Source: Octopus sinensis (lineage: Eukaryota). Taken from it: a stretch of DNA of 64,000 nt. The notes below the pieces were generated by a model, which was not told the origin of the DNA, did no database searches, and saw only the letters and a list, made by a program, of their open reading frames with translations. Position 1 is the first letter of the stretch. Each line of letters begins with the position of its first letter. The position numbers were made by a program, and so were the translations under genes. Location: contig NC_043016.1 of NCBI RefSeq assembly GCF_006345805.1, positions 23,746,001 to 23,810,000 of the forward strand. Direction: 5' to 3'. Of this stretch, positions 11,976 through 25,794 are shown one piece after another.

Positions 11976-12561
11976 TCATATACTAGCTTAAAAGCCTGTT
12001 GGGTTGCTTTTAAGCTAGTATACAGCTTTTAAGCAGCTGCCCCTGAATGGGAAGATCTGCAAACAGACCTCTGACTTGTTTTGGAGAATTTGTTGCAATT
12101 GCTTCCTCCAGAGTCATATCCCAATGACATCATATTAAACGCAAAAATCAGGTAAAAAAATTGCCAAAAATAATTGCTAGATTTTACAATTGCTTCTTCC
12201 AGAATCATATCCAATGATGATCATATTCATCACAAAAACTCACATTAAAAAATCACTGAAAATAATTTCGATTATTCCCAAAATTTATTTCCATGTTATG
12301 AAAATTGTTATCGTACAAAAAAATTTGTCACAAAATGTCATATAAAAAATCCACTGAAAACAATCATAGTAATGAAAACTTGCGAATCCAGATTTTTCAG
12401 GATTGTGGGTCTGGATTCAGCCCAGAATTTTTTTAATTTACTCATGGAGTAAATTTAGCCTGGTTACAAAATGGTTTGATATGTTGGGCTACGGCCTCTA
12501 GGAGTAAAGTTGAAATAGTGTGACACACTGACATTCGCTTTTATTATATTAGATGTGTGTG

Positions 12562-12600
<39 letters not shown>

Positions 12601-13069
12601 TGTGTGCGTGTGTGTGTGAGTGTGTGTGTGTGTGTGCGTGAGTGTGTGTGTATACCAATAACACTTCTGCTAAGAACTAATCTTCTTTAGTATGGACAGG
12701 TATTTTATATAAATCATGTGTATTTGGTACTTATAAAATAATGACTAATTTGGAAATATGGCCTACATTTACATCTTGTCCAGACCTATTATGAATTGAA
12801 ATGGTACTTGTATTTCATATCTAGCCTAGACTGTTACCAGCTACAATGGGGTTTATATTTTACATCTGGTCTAGACACATAACCATTTGAAACAGTGCCT
12901 ATATTTTTTACAGTTCTATGTCTATAGCTGGTTGAAATGGGACCAACACCTAAATATCTGGTCCAGACTCATGCACTGTTCGTTTTCCAGACATTTGTAC
13001 AATACTGCATATACTTTATATGCACTTTTGACAAGTTGTGGTGCACCTGAGCACTGTATATAAATAATT

Positions 13070-13628
13070 TTATTATTATTATTATTATTATGAGTGAGTG
13101 AGCAGAGCATGCCATCAAAGTGACCTGGGGTAAAATATACGAAGCCCGTATACCCATCATGACTACCCGTCTGATAAGGGTACACCAGGCACTCATCAAC
13201 ACCCATATGTGCGTGACATGGTGATCTCATATCAAGATAAACAGCATATGACCTTGCAGGTGGAGCCCAGTTAGAATTTTCTTCAGATCGAGTAACCCAT
13301 CCCGCTCAAAAGGTCCCTGAATAAGGGTTGTTTAAGGACGTTGAACGAACACCCATGTTTCCAGAGGTGAATTATTCAAACCCCCAAAGAATCCTTCTCA
13401 ACACATGGCTATGATGCTCCCCCACTACTTCTGCTCGTGATCAGAGATGCACATATCGTCAGCCACTAAGGACATGCTCACTGGTTATGGTCAAACAACT
13501 GACAAGCAAATCTGTGGTATTGAGCAGAATATTTGCTGTAGCCCATCTTTTATACCAAGACAAAACAATGTACATGATAACACTTCCAATCAGTTAAGAT
13601 CAGAAGCCATGAGAGCCACTGCCTGGTA
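13070..13628 (-). mobile_element. About 520-bp SINE-like/non-LTR element with (AAT)n tail, in a TAA microsatellite context
   Basis: Reverse complement of 39105-39640. Both copies start at taccaggcagtggct. Confidence 0.8.
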
Positions 13629-13693
13629 GGCATCAGGGCATGCTACTGCATCAGGGCATCTTTACTGCATCAGGGCATTTATTATTATTATTA

Positions 13694-13746
<53 letters not shown>

Positions 13747-14584
13747 TATTATTATTATTATCAGTTGAAATGGAACCCACATTCCACATGTGGTCTGGCT
13801 AATTAAAAGTTTTTCGCATTAACATTTAGGCTACGGAGGACAGAACTAAACACTTTATAAAATTCATGGCATGTTTGGTGCTTTACCATTTCTGTCACAC
13901 CATAATTTTCACAGCAGTAAAAAAGATAGTTGTGATAGGTGTGAAAACAATGACAAGGAGCCAATGAAAGGGCTTCTAAGTGGTTTCATAGTCTGCTAAA
14001 AATAGCAGTCAAATCTCTGAAATTACACTATGCTGGCTTTAAGCAATCGAAATATTAGATAATATAAGTTGCATATCATAAGATGCAATGGCCATGGCTA
14101 GAATGTCTTCAATCAAAGGTATGTTTCGTCATGGATGGTTGACTTATAGTTAAACAATAGCAAATACAACAACAACCACCACAGCAATAACAAGAATGAT
14201 GTTTGTTGTGGTAATGAAGACGATAAGGGTAGTTGTGATGATGAGGAGGAGGTGGAGGAAGTGGAGGGGAAGATAGAGAAGAATGGCTGCAAGGTGTTGT
14301 TATTGATGATGATGGTGGTGGTGGTGGTCGTAGTAGTGGCGGCGGCAGCAGCAGTGGTGGTGGTGGTGGTGGTGGTGGTGGTAGCGGTGGTGGTGATAAT
14401 GATGGTGGTGGTAAGATGGCAGTGGTAAGATGCTGATAATTATGTCTTGCTCTGTAATTACGCGCGGCCGTTTCATGTATGCACGAGTAAGGCAAAGTCA
14501 CAGACCTGTTCACTTTGCAGCCTTGACTCCACTTTTTTTCTACTTTTCTATCTCTCCTCTTCTCATCTCTTCTCTCTCTCTCTA

Positions 14585-14684
14585 NNNNNNNNNNNNNNNN
14601 NNNNNNNNNNNNNNNNNNNNNNNNNNNNNNNNNNNNNNNNNNNNNNNNNNNNNNNNNNNNNNNNNNNNNNNNNNNNNNNNNNNN
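14585..14684. other. Assembly gap (100 N)
   Basis: Run of N. Confidence 1.
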
Positions 14685-14730
14685 CTGCGTATTATACTCA
14701 AGGGCAGACTATATTCGAGGATTTACGGTA
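14685..14730. mobile_element. Terminal fragment of a pogo/Tc1-like DNA element
   Basis: tatactcaagggcagactatattcgaggatttacggTA resembles a TACCGTAAATCCTCGAATATA-type terminal repeat and is cut by the gap. Confidence 0.45.
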
Positions 14731-15034
14731 TGTAATTTCAAACCTGCAGGTAGGTGTCATGGGATTTTGATCAATTGTTTCCAACCTATAGCGATGGAAA
14801 AAATCAGCAACATCTCAACTGACTGAGCAGTCCTTTCTAGAGACGGCAATAGTCGCTTGTTAATCAAGAAGGACCAAGAAATGGTGGTGTAAACAAAGCC
14901 TGCCTAATTCTCAAACTGGTCAGCAACCCAATGGCCAGTAGCTATCCTCTCTTCCATAGTAACATCCAAGAAAAAACAACTTTCCAAGAGAGTTGACTTC
15001 CATTCTATACACACACAGACAGACAGACAGACAG

Positions 15035-15065
<31 letters not shown>

Positions 15066-15089
15066 CACACACACAACGTGTAAGAATAT

Positions 15090-15599
15090 GTGTGTGTGTG
15101 TGTTTATATGAGTGTGTTTATTTATGTATGTGAGAGCATGTGCTTGTCTGAACAATTATATAACTATATTATGTAGGTCTCTCTTTCTCAGTACATGTGT
15201 ATATGCATGTATGTATACTTGTTTGCATATATGTAAATTTGTGTGAGATTATGTAAGTATGTGTGCTTGTGCACATGGGCACATGTACATGTATACATGT
15301 GTGTGTGTGTGTGTGTGTGTGCATGATTGCATGTGTGAGTATGTATGTGTGCATGTATGTGTGTGTGTAAGTGTATGATCAACTTTCTAAATAAGAGATG
15401 ACGATTCTTTGAAATGTGTATTATCAAAAATGACAAGCTGCGTAAGTGAGTGAAACATGGTGGAAATGTTGATAGTATGGTTGACAGTTTTTCCATATTT
15501 TGATCAACATAAGACAAGCTAACCCCACTAATTTAGAAAATATTGAAGACAAATTATCAAAAATAACTTCATGGTCTGTCTTCACAACTTTCATAACAT
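15090..15599 (-). repeat. Right arm of the inverted duplication
   Basis: See 11374-11975. Confidence 0.9.
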
Positions 15600-15949
15600 T
15601 TCTCCCTCTCTCTGCCACCTTTTTTTGTGACATAAACATATCTACACAAGTAAGCACACAAATGCAAAACAAGGTGGAAAAAAACAGCACTTAAATACTG
15701 AAGGCAGAGAAATACGCTTTTTTATTAATGCTGCAATATTAATATACATATTATTAAATACATATGCTAATGTGTATGCTTTGTATATTTTCTGCTGGCT
15801 GCAAAGGTGTAGCAGAGTATATAACTCTGATGTCGGTGTTATAAACTCTGCTATGCCACTTCAGTCACCATATAATACACAAAGCATATACATTAGTGTA
15901 TGTATTTAAAAATATTTATTATACTAGAGCTACTTTACTTCATACATAT

Positions 15950-16021
<72 letters not shown>

Positions 16022-16033
16022 CATCATCATCAT

Positions 16034-16059
<26 letters not shown>

Positions 16060-16077
<18 letters not shown>

Positions 16078-16980
16078 TTAGCGTCCGCTTTCCATGCTAG
16101 CATGGGTTGGACGTTTTCAACTGGGGTTGTGTGAAGCCAGAAGGCCGCATCAGGCCCTTCTGATCTGGCCAGTGTTTCTACGGCTGGATGCCCTTCCTAA
16201 CGCCAACCACTCCGTGGGTGTAAGTGGTGCTTTTTACGTGCCACCGGCACAGGTGCCAGACAGGGCTGGCAAACGCACCGAACGGATGGTGCTTTTATGT
16301 GCCACCGGCACGGGGGCCAGGTGAGGCTGGCAACGGACACGAACGGATGGTGCTTTTATGTGCCACCGGAGCATACTGGCTTCATTTCTTGCGAGCTTAC
16401 GCAAATCCTCAGCAGTCACAGCCCAAGTTTCACTACCATGTAGCATGGCTGTACGTACACATGCACCATACAGTCTGCCTTTTACTCTGAGCGAGAGGCC
16501 TTTTGTCACCAGCAGGGGTAAGAGCTCTCTAAACTTTGCCCTGGCTATTCTTACTCTAGCAGTTACACTTTCAGCGCACCCGCCCCTGCTGCTGACTTGG
16601 TCACCTAGGTAGCGGAAGCTATCAACTACCTCTAGTTTTTCTCCCTGGAACGTGGTAGAAGTTGGTCTCTGCATATTTTCAGAGTTTATTGCTCCTGAGC
16701 ATCTGCCACAGATAAAAACTATTTTCCTAGTTAGTCTTCCTTTGACATTACTACATCTCTTATGTGTCCATAGCTTACATTTGGTGAATCTTATAGAGTT
16801 TCTACCTACGCCTTTTTTACAGATTGAGCAGGGCCATCTACCTGAAGGCGTTTGTGATTGGTCTACCTTCTTACTTATTAGGACTTTGGTTTTGGCTAGG
16901 TTGATTCTAATGCCCTTCGATTCTAATCCTTACTTCCACACCTGAAATTTCTCCTCCAGTTCTGATAGAGACTGAGCTAA
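16060..16980 (-). mobile_element. 5'-truncated, internally deleted RTE-clade LINE
   Basis: GLESKGIRINLAKTKV...WPCSICKKGVGRNSI...LEVVDSFRYLGDQV...LLPLLVTKGLSLRVKGRLYGACVRTAMLHGSETW...MLRW, then the 3' UTR repeats and the (GAT)n tail. Confidence 0.9.
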
Positions 16981-17026
16981 TTGATAATAATAATAATAAT
17001 AATAATTAATACTAATAATAATAACA

Positions 17027-17058
<32 letters not shown>

Positions 17059-17133
17059 ACAACAAAAGAATAAATGAGACCTCGATATTATGTAAAATAG
17101 AGGAAACTATCTATAAATATAATGTGACAATTA

Positions 17134-17274
17134 GTTGGTTGTCATAATAAAACTCGGAGTTTCGGATGCAGGGACTGAAGTCTACACCAGCATCTCATCA
17201 GAATAACTGATGAGATGCTGGAGCAGACTTCAGCCCCGGCATTCGAAACTCTGAGTTTTATTATGACAACCAAC
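17134..17274. repeat. Fold-back palindrome, about 68-bp arms, 5-nt loop aataa
   Basis: gttggttgtcataataaaactc...catctcatcag-aataa-ctgatgagatg...gagttttattatgacaaccaac. Confidence 0.95.
17202..17262 (+). ncRNA. Type I hammerhead ribozyme motif with canonical core
   Basis: aataa-CTGATGA-gatgc...gcattc-GAAA-ctc-t-gag-TT-ttatt. Stem I is aataa/ttatt, G10.1-C11.1 is present, and stem III is palindromic. Confidence 0.65.
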
Positions 17275-17297
17275 AAATCGCCATGTATTATAATTAT

Positions 17298-17960
17298 ACT
17301 AGCTGAATAGCCTCTTGTTGCTGAGCAATTTTTACAATAGAATGTCTTATATAAATTTTTCTTTATTCCATGTCAGACCATACCTTCCCTGACAGAAAGA
17401 CCTCTTGATCAGGGTAGATTTGTAAAACTTTTCGCCAAAAAGCTCCTTTGGGAGTTTTTTCCTTTTTAAATTATTTACATGTCTGTTTGACTGTTTCTCA
17501 TAACTTTATTTATTAAAACTTATTAAAACTTCAAAAGTTCTTACAACTTCAGTTGTTGTAATGCTTTGCTTTCGTTTGTTTAATAAAAATTCCTCCTCGT
17601 GTTGATTTTGCTTTCATTTTGTGATTGACAGCTATCATGCAGAAAATGCCATACTCCAAATCCTGTTTTCTGATCAGGTAAAATAGATTTAACTTTCAAC
17701 CTCAGTAAGAGTTTTCTGCAATTTTTCTGCAACAAATAAATAACAAAATCGGATTTAAAATGGAAAATTCTTTCAATATACCAAATTTGAAAATGTTGAT
17801 GTAATTTTGAAATTTCACAATATTTGATGACAGCAACAGGGAAGATCCTACAAAAGTAGAGAGACAGACAGTTATAGGATGTCACACACACACTGAAACA
17901 CACATATGCACATACACACATTTACACACAGGTAATCACGAGTTTAAAGTGGTGTATAGT
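17298..17960 (+). mobile_element. Possible Helentron/Helitron-associated non-autonomous element
   Basis: Starts actagctgaatagcctcttgttgc and has an (acag)/(ac) microsatellite near its 3' end, an architecture typical of DINE-1-like elements. Pattern recognition only. Confidence 0.35.
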
Positions 17961-18539
17961 AGACATATGTATGTATGAATGTATGTATCTGTATGTATAT
18001 GTATGTATGTGTGTGTGTGCGAGACTGTGTGTGTGCATGTGTATGTGTATGAGTGTGTGTGTGTGAGTGTGTGTGCACGTGTATGTGTATGCATGTATCT
18101 ATGTATTTATGAAAGTATGTATGCAGTGCCATGTGTATATACCTGAACAACAACTCTAGTAACGTTATCATCCCACTGCTGCTCCATATTTGTCACATAA
18201 TACTGTTCTCCCCTTCCTTGATATCAGCTACACTCACTTATACCGCCACATTTCCCTCACACTAACCCTTTTGTCCCCTTCTCATTTTATCAAATAATAG
18301 CCCAATCCCTCTAGTGAGCCCATTATAGCTTTTTATCAAAATCCAATTATTCTATAATTGAACTGGATGTTAGTTTAACATGTTTTCCAAGTTTTGTGAA
18401 GATTAGTTCACTGGTGTGTAGGCAGCAGGATGGTAACAGGCAGATCAACAGACAGAAATTGCCCATTTATGTTATAAAGATATATATATATATATATATA
18501 TAATATATATATCTATATATATAAGCACCCATACCAAGG

Positions 18540-18775
18540 ACATGTAGAGGCACCAATGCCAGTGACATGTTAATGTCACTTGTACTGGTGATACATTAAA
18601 GGCACCCAGTACATTTTGTGGAGTTGTTGATGTTAGGAAGGGCATCCAGTTGTAGAAACCAAACCAAGGTCAAATTGGATCCTGGTGCAGCACTCTGGTT
18701 TATCAGTTTCAGTCAAATTGTCTACCCATGCCAACATGGAAAATGGATGCTAAATGATGATGATGATGATGATGA
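18540..18775 (+). mobile_element. RTE 3' tail, decayed
   Basis: gttaggaagggcatccagttgtagaaacc...cccatgccaacatggaaaatggatgctaaatgatgatg. Confidence 0.75.
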
Positions 18776-18793
18776 TATATGTATGTATACATA

Positions 18794-18839
<46 letters not shown>

Positions 18840-19176
18840 TATATACATGATGATATATGTAATTTTCATACATATAAATACATACGTATATATTTTTTTA
18901 TATTTTTAAAATTTTGTTACTTGTTTTAATCATTGACTTTTAGCCATGCTAATAAGACACCACCTTGATATGTCAGATTGAATAAATAGAACTCAATATT
19001 TATTTGCAAGTCTAGAGCTTATTCTATCAGCCCCTTCTGCTGGACTGCTATGTTACATGAACATAAACTAACAAACACCAGTTGTCTTAGGTATTTCTTT
19101 TCCACAAGATCCCTCCACATTTAGAGACTGGCACTTCTTTATGCAGCTCTCCTCATCTGTACACATTATATGATCA

Positions 19177-19387
19177 TACAAGGAGGTGCAGAAAAGTTCC
19201 TGGCTTTAAGGGTATTGGGAAAGACCTGGTTTGAGGCCCAACCTTACGAGTTCGTTTACAAGGCTTAGAAAAACTGAAGGACCTCTGCAATAAGTGTGTG
19301 AATCTGAGAAGAGAATATGTTGAATAAAATCATAATTAACTGGTCTTCTTTTATCTAAAGCCAGGATTTTTTCAGCACCACCTCATA
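19177..19387. mobile_element. Mariner-type MITE
   Basis: TIRs TAcaaggaggtgcagaaaagttcctggcttta and taaagccaggattttttcagcaccacctcaTA. Confidence 0.8.
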
Positions 19388-19685
19388 CTAGGTATCTTCT
19401 CTCTTATATATATATATATATATATATATAGCAGCAAATTAAGGAATGGCCATAATAGGTCGTTCAACCCACTAGAAATAACAGCCAAGGCTTCAACCGC
19501 AAAATAGTAGTAATTCCGTAAATCAGGAGAAAATTAAAAAACATTTACCCTTTCCACTATATACAATGCATTGTCATCGTAATTTGCTGTGGAATTTATA
19601 AATAGTCTCTGACTATTTCCTTTTCTCACTAGACCGCTGGTAGCAAAATAATTTCTGCTGAATTTTTTGCTACCCTATATTGATT

Positions 19686-19725
<40 letters not shown>

Positions 19726-19760
19726 GTATATCTGTATGTAGTGTATATATGTATGTATGC

Positions 19761-19828
<68 letters not shown>

Positions 19829-20594
19829 ATATGTATACATACATACATACATTCACATATATACATACATGAGTGTGTATGTTTGTATGTAACTTTATGT
19901 TGTCTTGTATTTGTAATCTGTCATATTTGTTTATGTAATGAACTGACCTGGATTAACCATTAAGCAAAACATGCACAAACAATAACAATAACAAAAATTT
20001 GCATGTTTCCACCTACTCTAGTTACACAAATAAATAATTTGCTGACATGGCTAACTCTTATTCAATGCCAAATAAAATAAATAAATAAAAACGAAACGAA
20101 AGAGAAAACAGGTTGTATTTAATATAGTTATGGCTTCTGCTTAGAGGCATGGCCTGGGGGTTGGGGAAAAGGTCTGGATGAAAACTGGAATTGTAATTTA
20201 TTATTTTATTTTAATTCAATATTCCATATCTATTATGTTGTAAATTACTGTGGAACAATCCATTGTTGAACTTTGCTAAGAGAGTAAGTTGGCCTTGTTT
20301 TCACCCTGCACGCATACATACGTGTCTGTCTGTCTGCGTATCCGAGTCTCAAGGAACAAGAGTTTCCTGCATGAGACTCTCGTTCTTTGAGTTAATTTCT
20401 ATCAATTAGATATAGTAAGAAAAAGTATATACACATAAAATGTTTGCTTCACAAACACATGGTTTCAGGTCAGTGCCAGCTTTGAGGACAGCACATCAAA
20501 TATATATATATGTGTGTGTGTGTGTGTGCATGGTGGTGTGTGTGTGTGGGTGTGTGTGCATGTGTGTGTGTGTGTGTATATATATATATGTGTG

Positions 20595-20638
<44 letters not shown>

Positions 20639-20884
20639 GTATGCCAGATGGATAATGCTAATAATATAGCCATGAACATATTTTGCATAAAAAGTGTTGG
20701 CGGACAGCCATATATATATATATATATATAATATATATAGCTAATGTAGTTCTTAAGCTAATCATTTATTCCTTTGTCATCTCTTTTCTTATCACTACTT
20801 TGTACTTGATTAATGCTTCATTCAAAGGCATACGTGTATTGAGTTCTAACACCAGGTTATTAGTATTGCAATGCCTAAATTCAA

Positions 20885-21575
<691 letters not shown>

Positions 21576-22444
21576 TGATGATGGACTCTGCCATCAGTTT
21601 CGTCATATGAGGATCTGACAGCCTACTCTTTCTTTGTCAGTCACAATGCTTATGTCAAGTGGGACATTTGAATCCCGTCAATGCTTTTCAAATTTCACAG
21701 GTGTTGCAAGTATGAGTAATACAGGGCAGTGCAGGTGGTATATATTATATATATTTAACCAAAGGTGCAGAAATGACGTACTACAAAGGAATTTAAACGT
21801 AACGTAATCCAAGGGTGGAGTAAGAAAATTCATGAACCAGGTACTCCAAATCAGTTGGAAGGATATATATCTACCAATGTGTGTGTCTTTGTGCCTGTGT
21901 GTGTCCTCTACCACTGCTTGATACTAAGTTTTGATGTATCTCATCGCCATAACTTAATGGTTTGGCAAAAGGTACCTATAGAATACGTACCAGGCTTCAA
22001 AAGTATGTACTAGGATTAATTCATTTGACTAAAAATTCTTCAAGGCAGTGCCCCAGCATGGCCATAGTCTAATGACTGAAGTAAGTAAAAGATAGAAGAT
22101 AAAAGATATAGCTTCTCTCTAAACATTTTTTATTTGTAAATACTGCTAGGAAACATGCATTTGCCACTTTGCTCTAAAGAAGAGTTGCCTAATTTGCTTT
22201 CACAATTTCATTGGAACTTGCTGCAGGACACACACCTATAAAATCATGCATATATTGCATATGAATATGGTTATTATGTAAGTTAGGGTCATCTTGAAAT
22301 AGCTGTTGAGACAAGGCTTTACATAATTTTTCTTTTCTTTTTGTCTTTATTCTGTACTCTGTATATTGTGCTCCATGTAAGTATACATCTCAGGCCTATC
22401 TATGTTTATCTCTCTTATCACTGTTACATATATATATATATATA

Positions 22445-23460
22445 ATGGCAAGCCCACAGTTTACTCGGCTGAGCATAACAATTTAGAAATATATCGATTT
22501 TTAAAAGTTGCCAAATCTTTCATCTACAAAGTTTGTAAGGAGTTAGAGACTGAAGATAGAAATGCATCACAAGCATCAAAGCATAAAAAGCATTCTAAAT
22601 ACTCTGAAATCGTCAGAACACTTGAATTTATTCAGCAAGTTCAACAGACCATTGATTACAATCCCAGAAAGTCCATGAGGTCAATTGCAAAAGATCTCAA
22701 TGTCCCAGAAGGAACAGTTAGAAATGTTGTCCACGAAGACATCAGATGTAAGTCTTATATGATGAGGAAAGGTCAATTTGTCAGAAAAAGCAAAAGAAAA
22801 TCACTACATCGGATCTAAAAGGCTTTTAAACAAATTGAAAAATCCAGCAGAAGAAAACTTCATTTGGCTTTTCTCAAATGAGAAAAACTTTGACCAAGAT
22901 CCAAAAGTTAACAGAAGAAATGACAGATGGTTATATGCAGAACCTTCTGAGTTCCAAGTGTTATGCATAAAAAATTTACTACAACTGTCATGATTTTAGG
23001 GGTTGTCAATGATGAAGGACATGTGATACCTCCTTATTTCTTTTCATAAAGCCTTAGAGTTAACTCTGCTGTCTACACTGAGGACCTGGAAATAATTCTA
23101 AAAGACCTGGATAGACGGTGTATGCAATGGAAGGCCATATGTGTTTCAGTAAGACTCTGCACTATCACATATGGCTCTAGCAACACAGGAATGGATGACT
23201 GAAAATTTTCACGATCACATAACCCCTAACATTTGGCCTCCTAATTCCCCAGATCTCAATCCATTGGATAATTGCATGTGGAGCATTGTTGGGAGAAAGG
23301 TCAATGAACACGTCCATAACACCAAAGATTCTTTGAAAGCTGCCATAGTCAGAGTAAATGCCCAAAATGAACCAGGACTACTTGATTCAAGCATGTAGAT
23401 GATTTAGATCTCATACAGAAGCAGTTGTTGAAGCTGAAGGTGGCTTTATTGAATGACATT
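22445..23460 (+). pseudogene. Decayed Tc1/mariner transposase (maT/DD37D-like)
   Basis: PRKSMRSIAKDLNVPEGTVRNVVHEDI; FSNEKNF; VNRRNDRW; TQEWMTENFHDHITPNIWPPNSPDLNPLD. Frameshifted. Confidence 0.85.
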
Positions 23461-23659
23461 GTAGAAAATGGTTTGACAAAAGAGACCGATAGAATAAGTA
23501 CTAGGCTTACAAAGAATAAATCCTGGGGTTGATTTGTTCGGCAAAAAGGTGCTGCTGAAACAAATAAGAGAATATATGATAAGAGTACCACAACAGCAAT
23601 AACTATTAAATCAACTCATTAATTCAGACCTCTGGAATATTGATAAAACAAGTGTGTAC

Positions 23660-24270
23660 ATATGGCTTTTTTTTTTTTTTGCTGGCCTCTTTTTTCTTTC
23701 TCTGATTTCTTTTCTTTACTTTTTGCTTTTTTTTTTCTTCCTACCTCCCTCTCTTCTTTCTCTCTTTCTTCTTTTCTCTCTCTCTTTTTTGCTTTCTCTC
23801 ACTAGTTTCATTCCTTCTTTTTCTTCTATTTCTTTCTTTCATTTTGTTCATTTTCCTTCCTATTTTTTTTATTCCTGCCTCTTTTGCTTTCTGCCTCTTT
23901 TTTCTTTATTTTTTCTTTCATTTACTTTTACTTCCTTTTTCTTTCTTCCTTCATTTCTTTCATTCTTTCTTTGCTTCCTTCTTTTCTTCATTTCATTTTC
24001 TTTGTTTTGTTTTCTTTTTTCTTTCCTTCCTTCTTTCATTTATTTTCTTTGTTTTCTTTCTTTTTTCTTTCTCTTCCTTCTTTCCTCCCTCCCTCCCTTC
24101 TTTCCTTCCTTCCTTCCTTCCTTCTTTTCTTCCTTCCTTCCATTCTTCATTTCATTTTCCTTGTTTTGTTTTCTTTCATTCTTCTCTTCCTTCCTTCCTT
24201 CCTTTTTCATTTCATTTTCCTTGTTTCTTTCTTTTTCCTTTCTCTTTCTTTCTTTCTTTCTTTTTATATA
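23660..24270. repeat. CT-rich polypyrimidine low-complexity tract
   Basis: (cttt/cctt)n. Confidence 0.9.
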
Positions 24271-24734
24271 TTTAATCTTTTTTATCATCTTACAGTCAAT
24301 TGTTATTTCCCCAAAAACAGAAACCAATAACCGGATACTTTACGATATCCAAGGCAAGTCAGACACATTACAGTAAACCCTATGTTAAGAGTTTGCTTAC
24401 CTATCATCTGAGTTCAAATCTCACCATTTGCAGCAAGTATTATCTCTCATTTATATCAACCAATTCTCGGGTGTGTCAGTACAGTAAACAACGATAATTA
24501 AGATATTAGTGTTAATTACATTGGTTAGGTCTTCTCTAAATTAATATAAATTAAAAATAATTGAATAAATAAGAATAAGTTTTGATAAAGAATTAGTTTT
24601 CATGGATCTCTCAGAAACACAAGTGAAGAGAGAGAGAGAGAGACAGACAGACAGAGACAGATAGACATAGCCTGACAGACAGAGAGGGAGAGGGAGGCAG
24701 AGAGAGAGAAAGACAGACAGATAGAGAGAGAGAA

Positions 24735-24780
<46 letters not shown>

Positions 24781-25158
24781 AGAGATAGAAAGGATACAGA
24801 GTGTTGGGTATGTGGAAGGTCAACTCCATGAATTGTATTTTTTGCAAAAACTGGTTTGTTCACTCCTGCTTGTATTGATTGTAGTGCACTGAAATTGATA
24901 ATTACCAATTAGAAGCTAATTGGAATCATAGCTAGTCAGTCTTTGTCTTTATTTATTTTTTTAACCATTCCCCATTCCATCCTGAACTGCACATCAGTTC
25001 ATCCATGCTCAACAATCATGTTATATAGCTTCTTTGTAGCATTCCAGTTGAAGAAGAGCTTATTAAATCAACCCCAGTTCAACCCTTTTGTATTTCTTGG
25101 TCATCCAAGGGGTCAGACACACATGAATGGTTCCTAATGACTGAGCAGTGTAGTTAAT

Positions 25159-25378
25159 TTCGATAGAAACATTAGCATGCCAAGTGAAATGCTTAGCGGT
25201 ATTTCATCTGCCATTACAGTGTGAGTTCAAATTCCGCAACGGTCGACTTTACCTTTCATCCTTTCAGGGTCGATCAATTAAGTACCAGTTACGCACTGGT
25301 GTCGACTTAATCCGTTTGTCTGTCCCTTTTTGTCTCCTCGATGTGTAACCCTTTGTGGGCAGTAAAGAAATAAGAAAC
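25159..25378 (+). mobile_element. SINE family B
   Basis: gaaacattagcatgcc...gagttcaaattccg...gtgggcagtaaagaaataag. Confidence 0.8.
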
Positions 25379-25794
25379 AGTGTCATTACCATCAGTTAAT
25401 TCCTCAGAAATAGCAGTAAAATCTCCCTCAAATTATGCCCTACCATATTTGGAAAAAAAAAATGAAAGAAAGAGAAGACATTTATATAATATAGTCTTAG
25501 ATATATGCTTCGTTTAACTCTTTCAATACTAACCTGGCTGAAACCGGCTCTGGCTCTGTAGTACAAATGTCTTGTTTTCAGAAGTTTTGAATTAAAATCT
25601 TCCACCAAACCTTAGTCACAATTTATGCTCCTAACACTAGCTTAATGATAACTAAGATATTTTACTAAATTCTTTGTTATATTTAAAATTATTTGAAAGA
25701 AACACAGAGCATCTCGAAATAAATACAGTAATGAAAGGGTTAAATTAAGAGCCAGGATGATCATTGTTGGAATATTTTTCAATCATAATAATAA

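Noticed and set aside
23654-24376. 240-aa F/L/S-rich ORF (and 46955-47644, 1822-2328)
   Set aside because: Read-through of polypyrimidine or polypurine low-complexity tracts.
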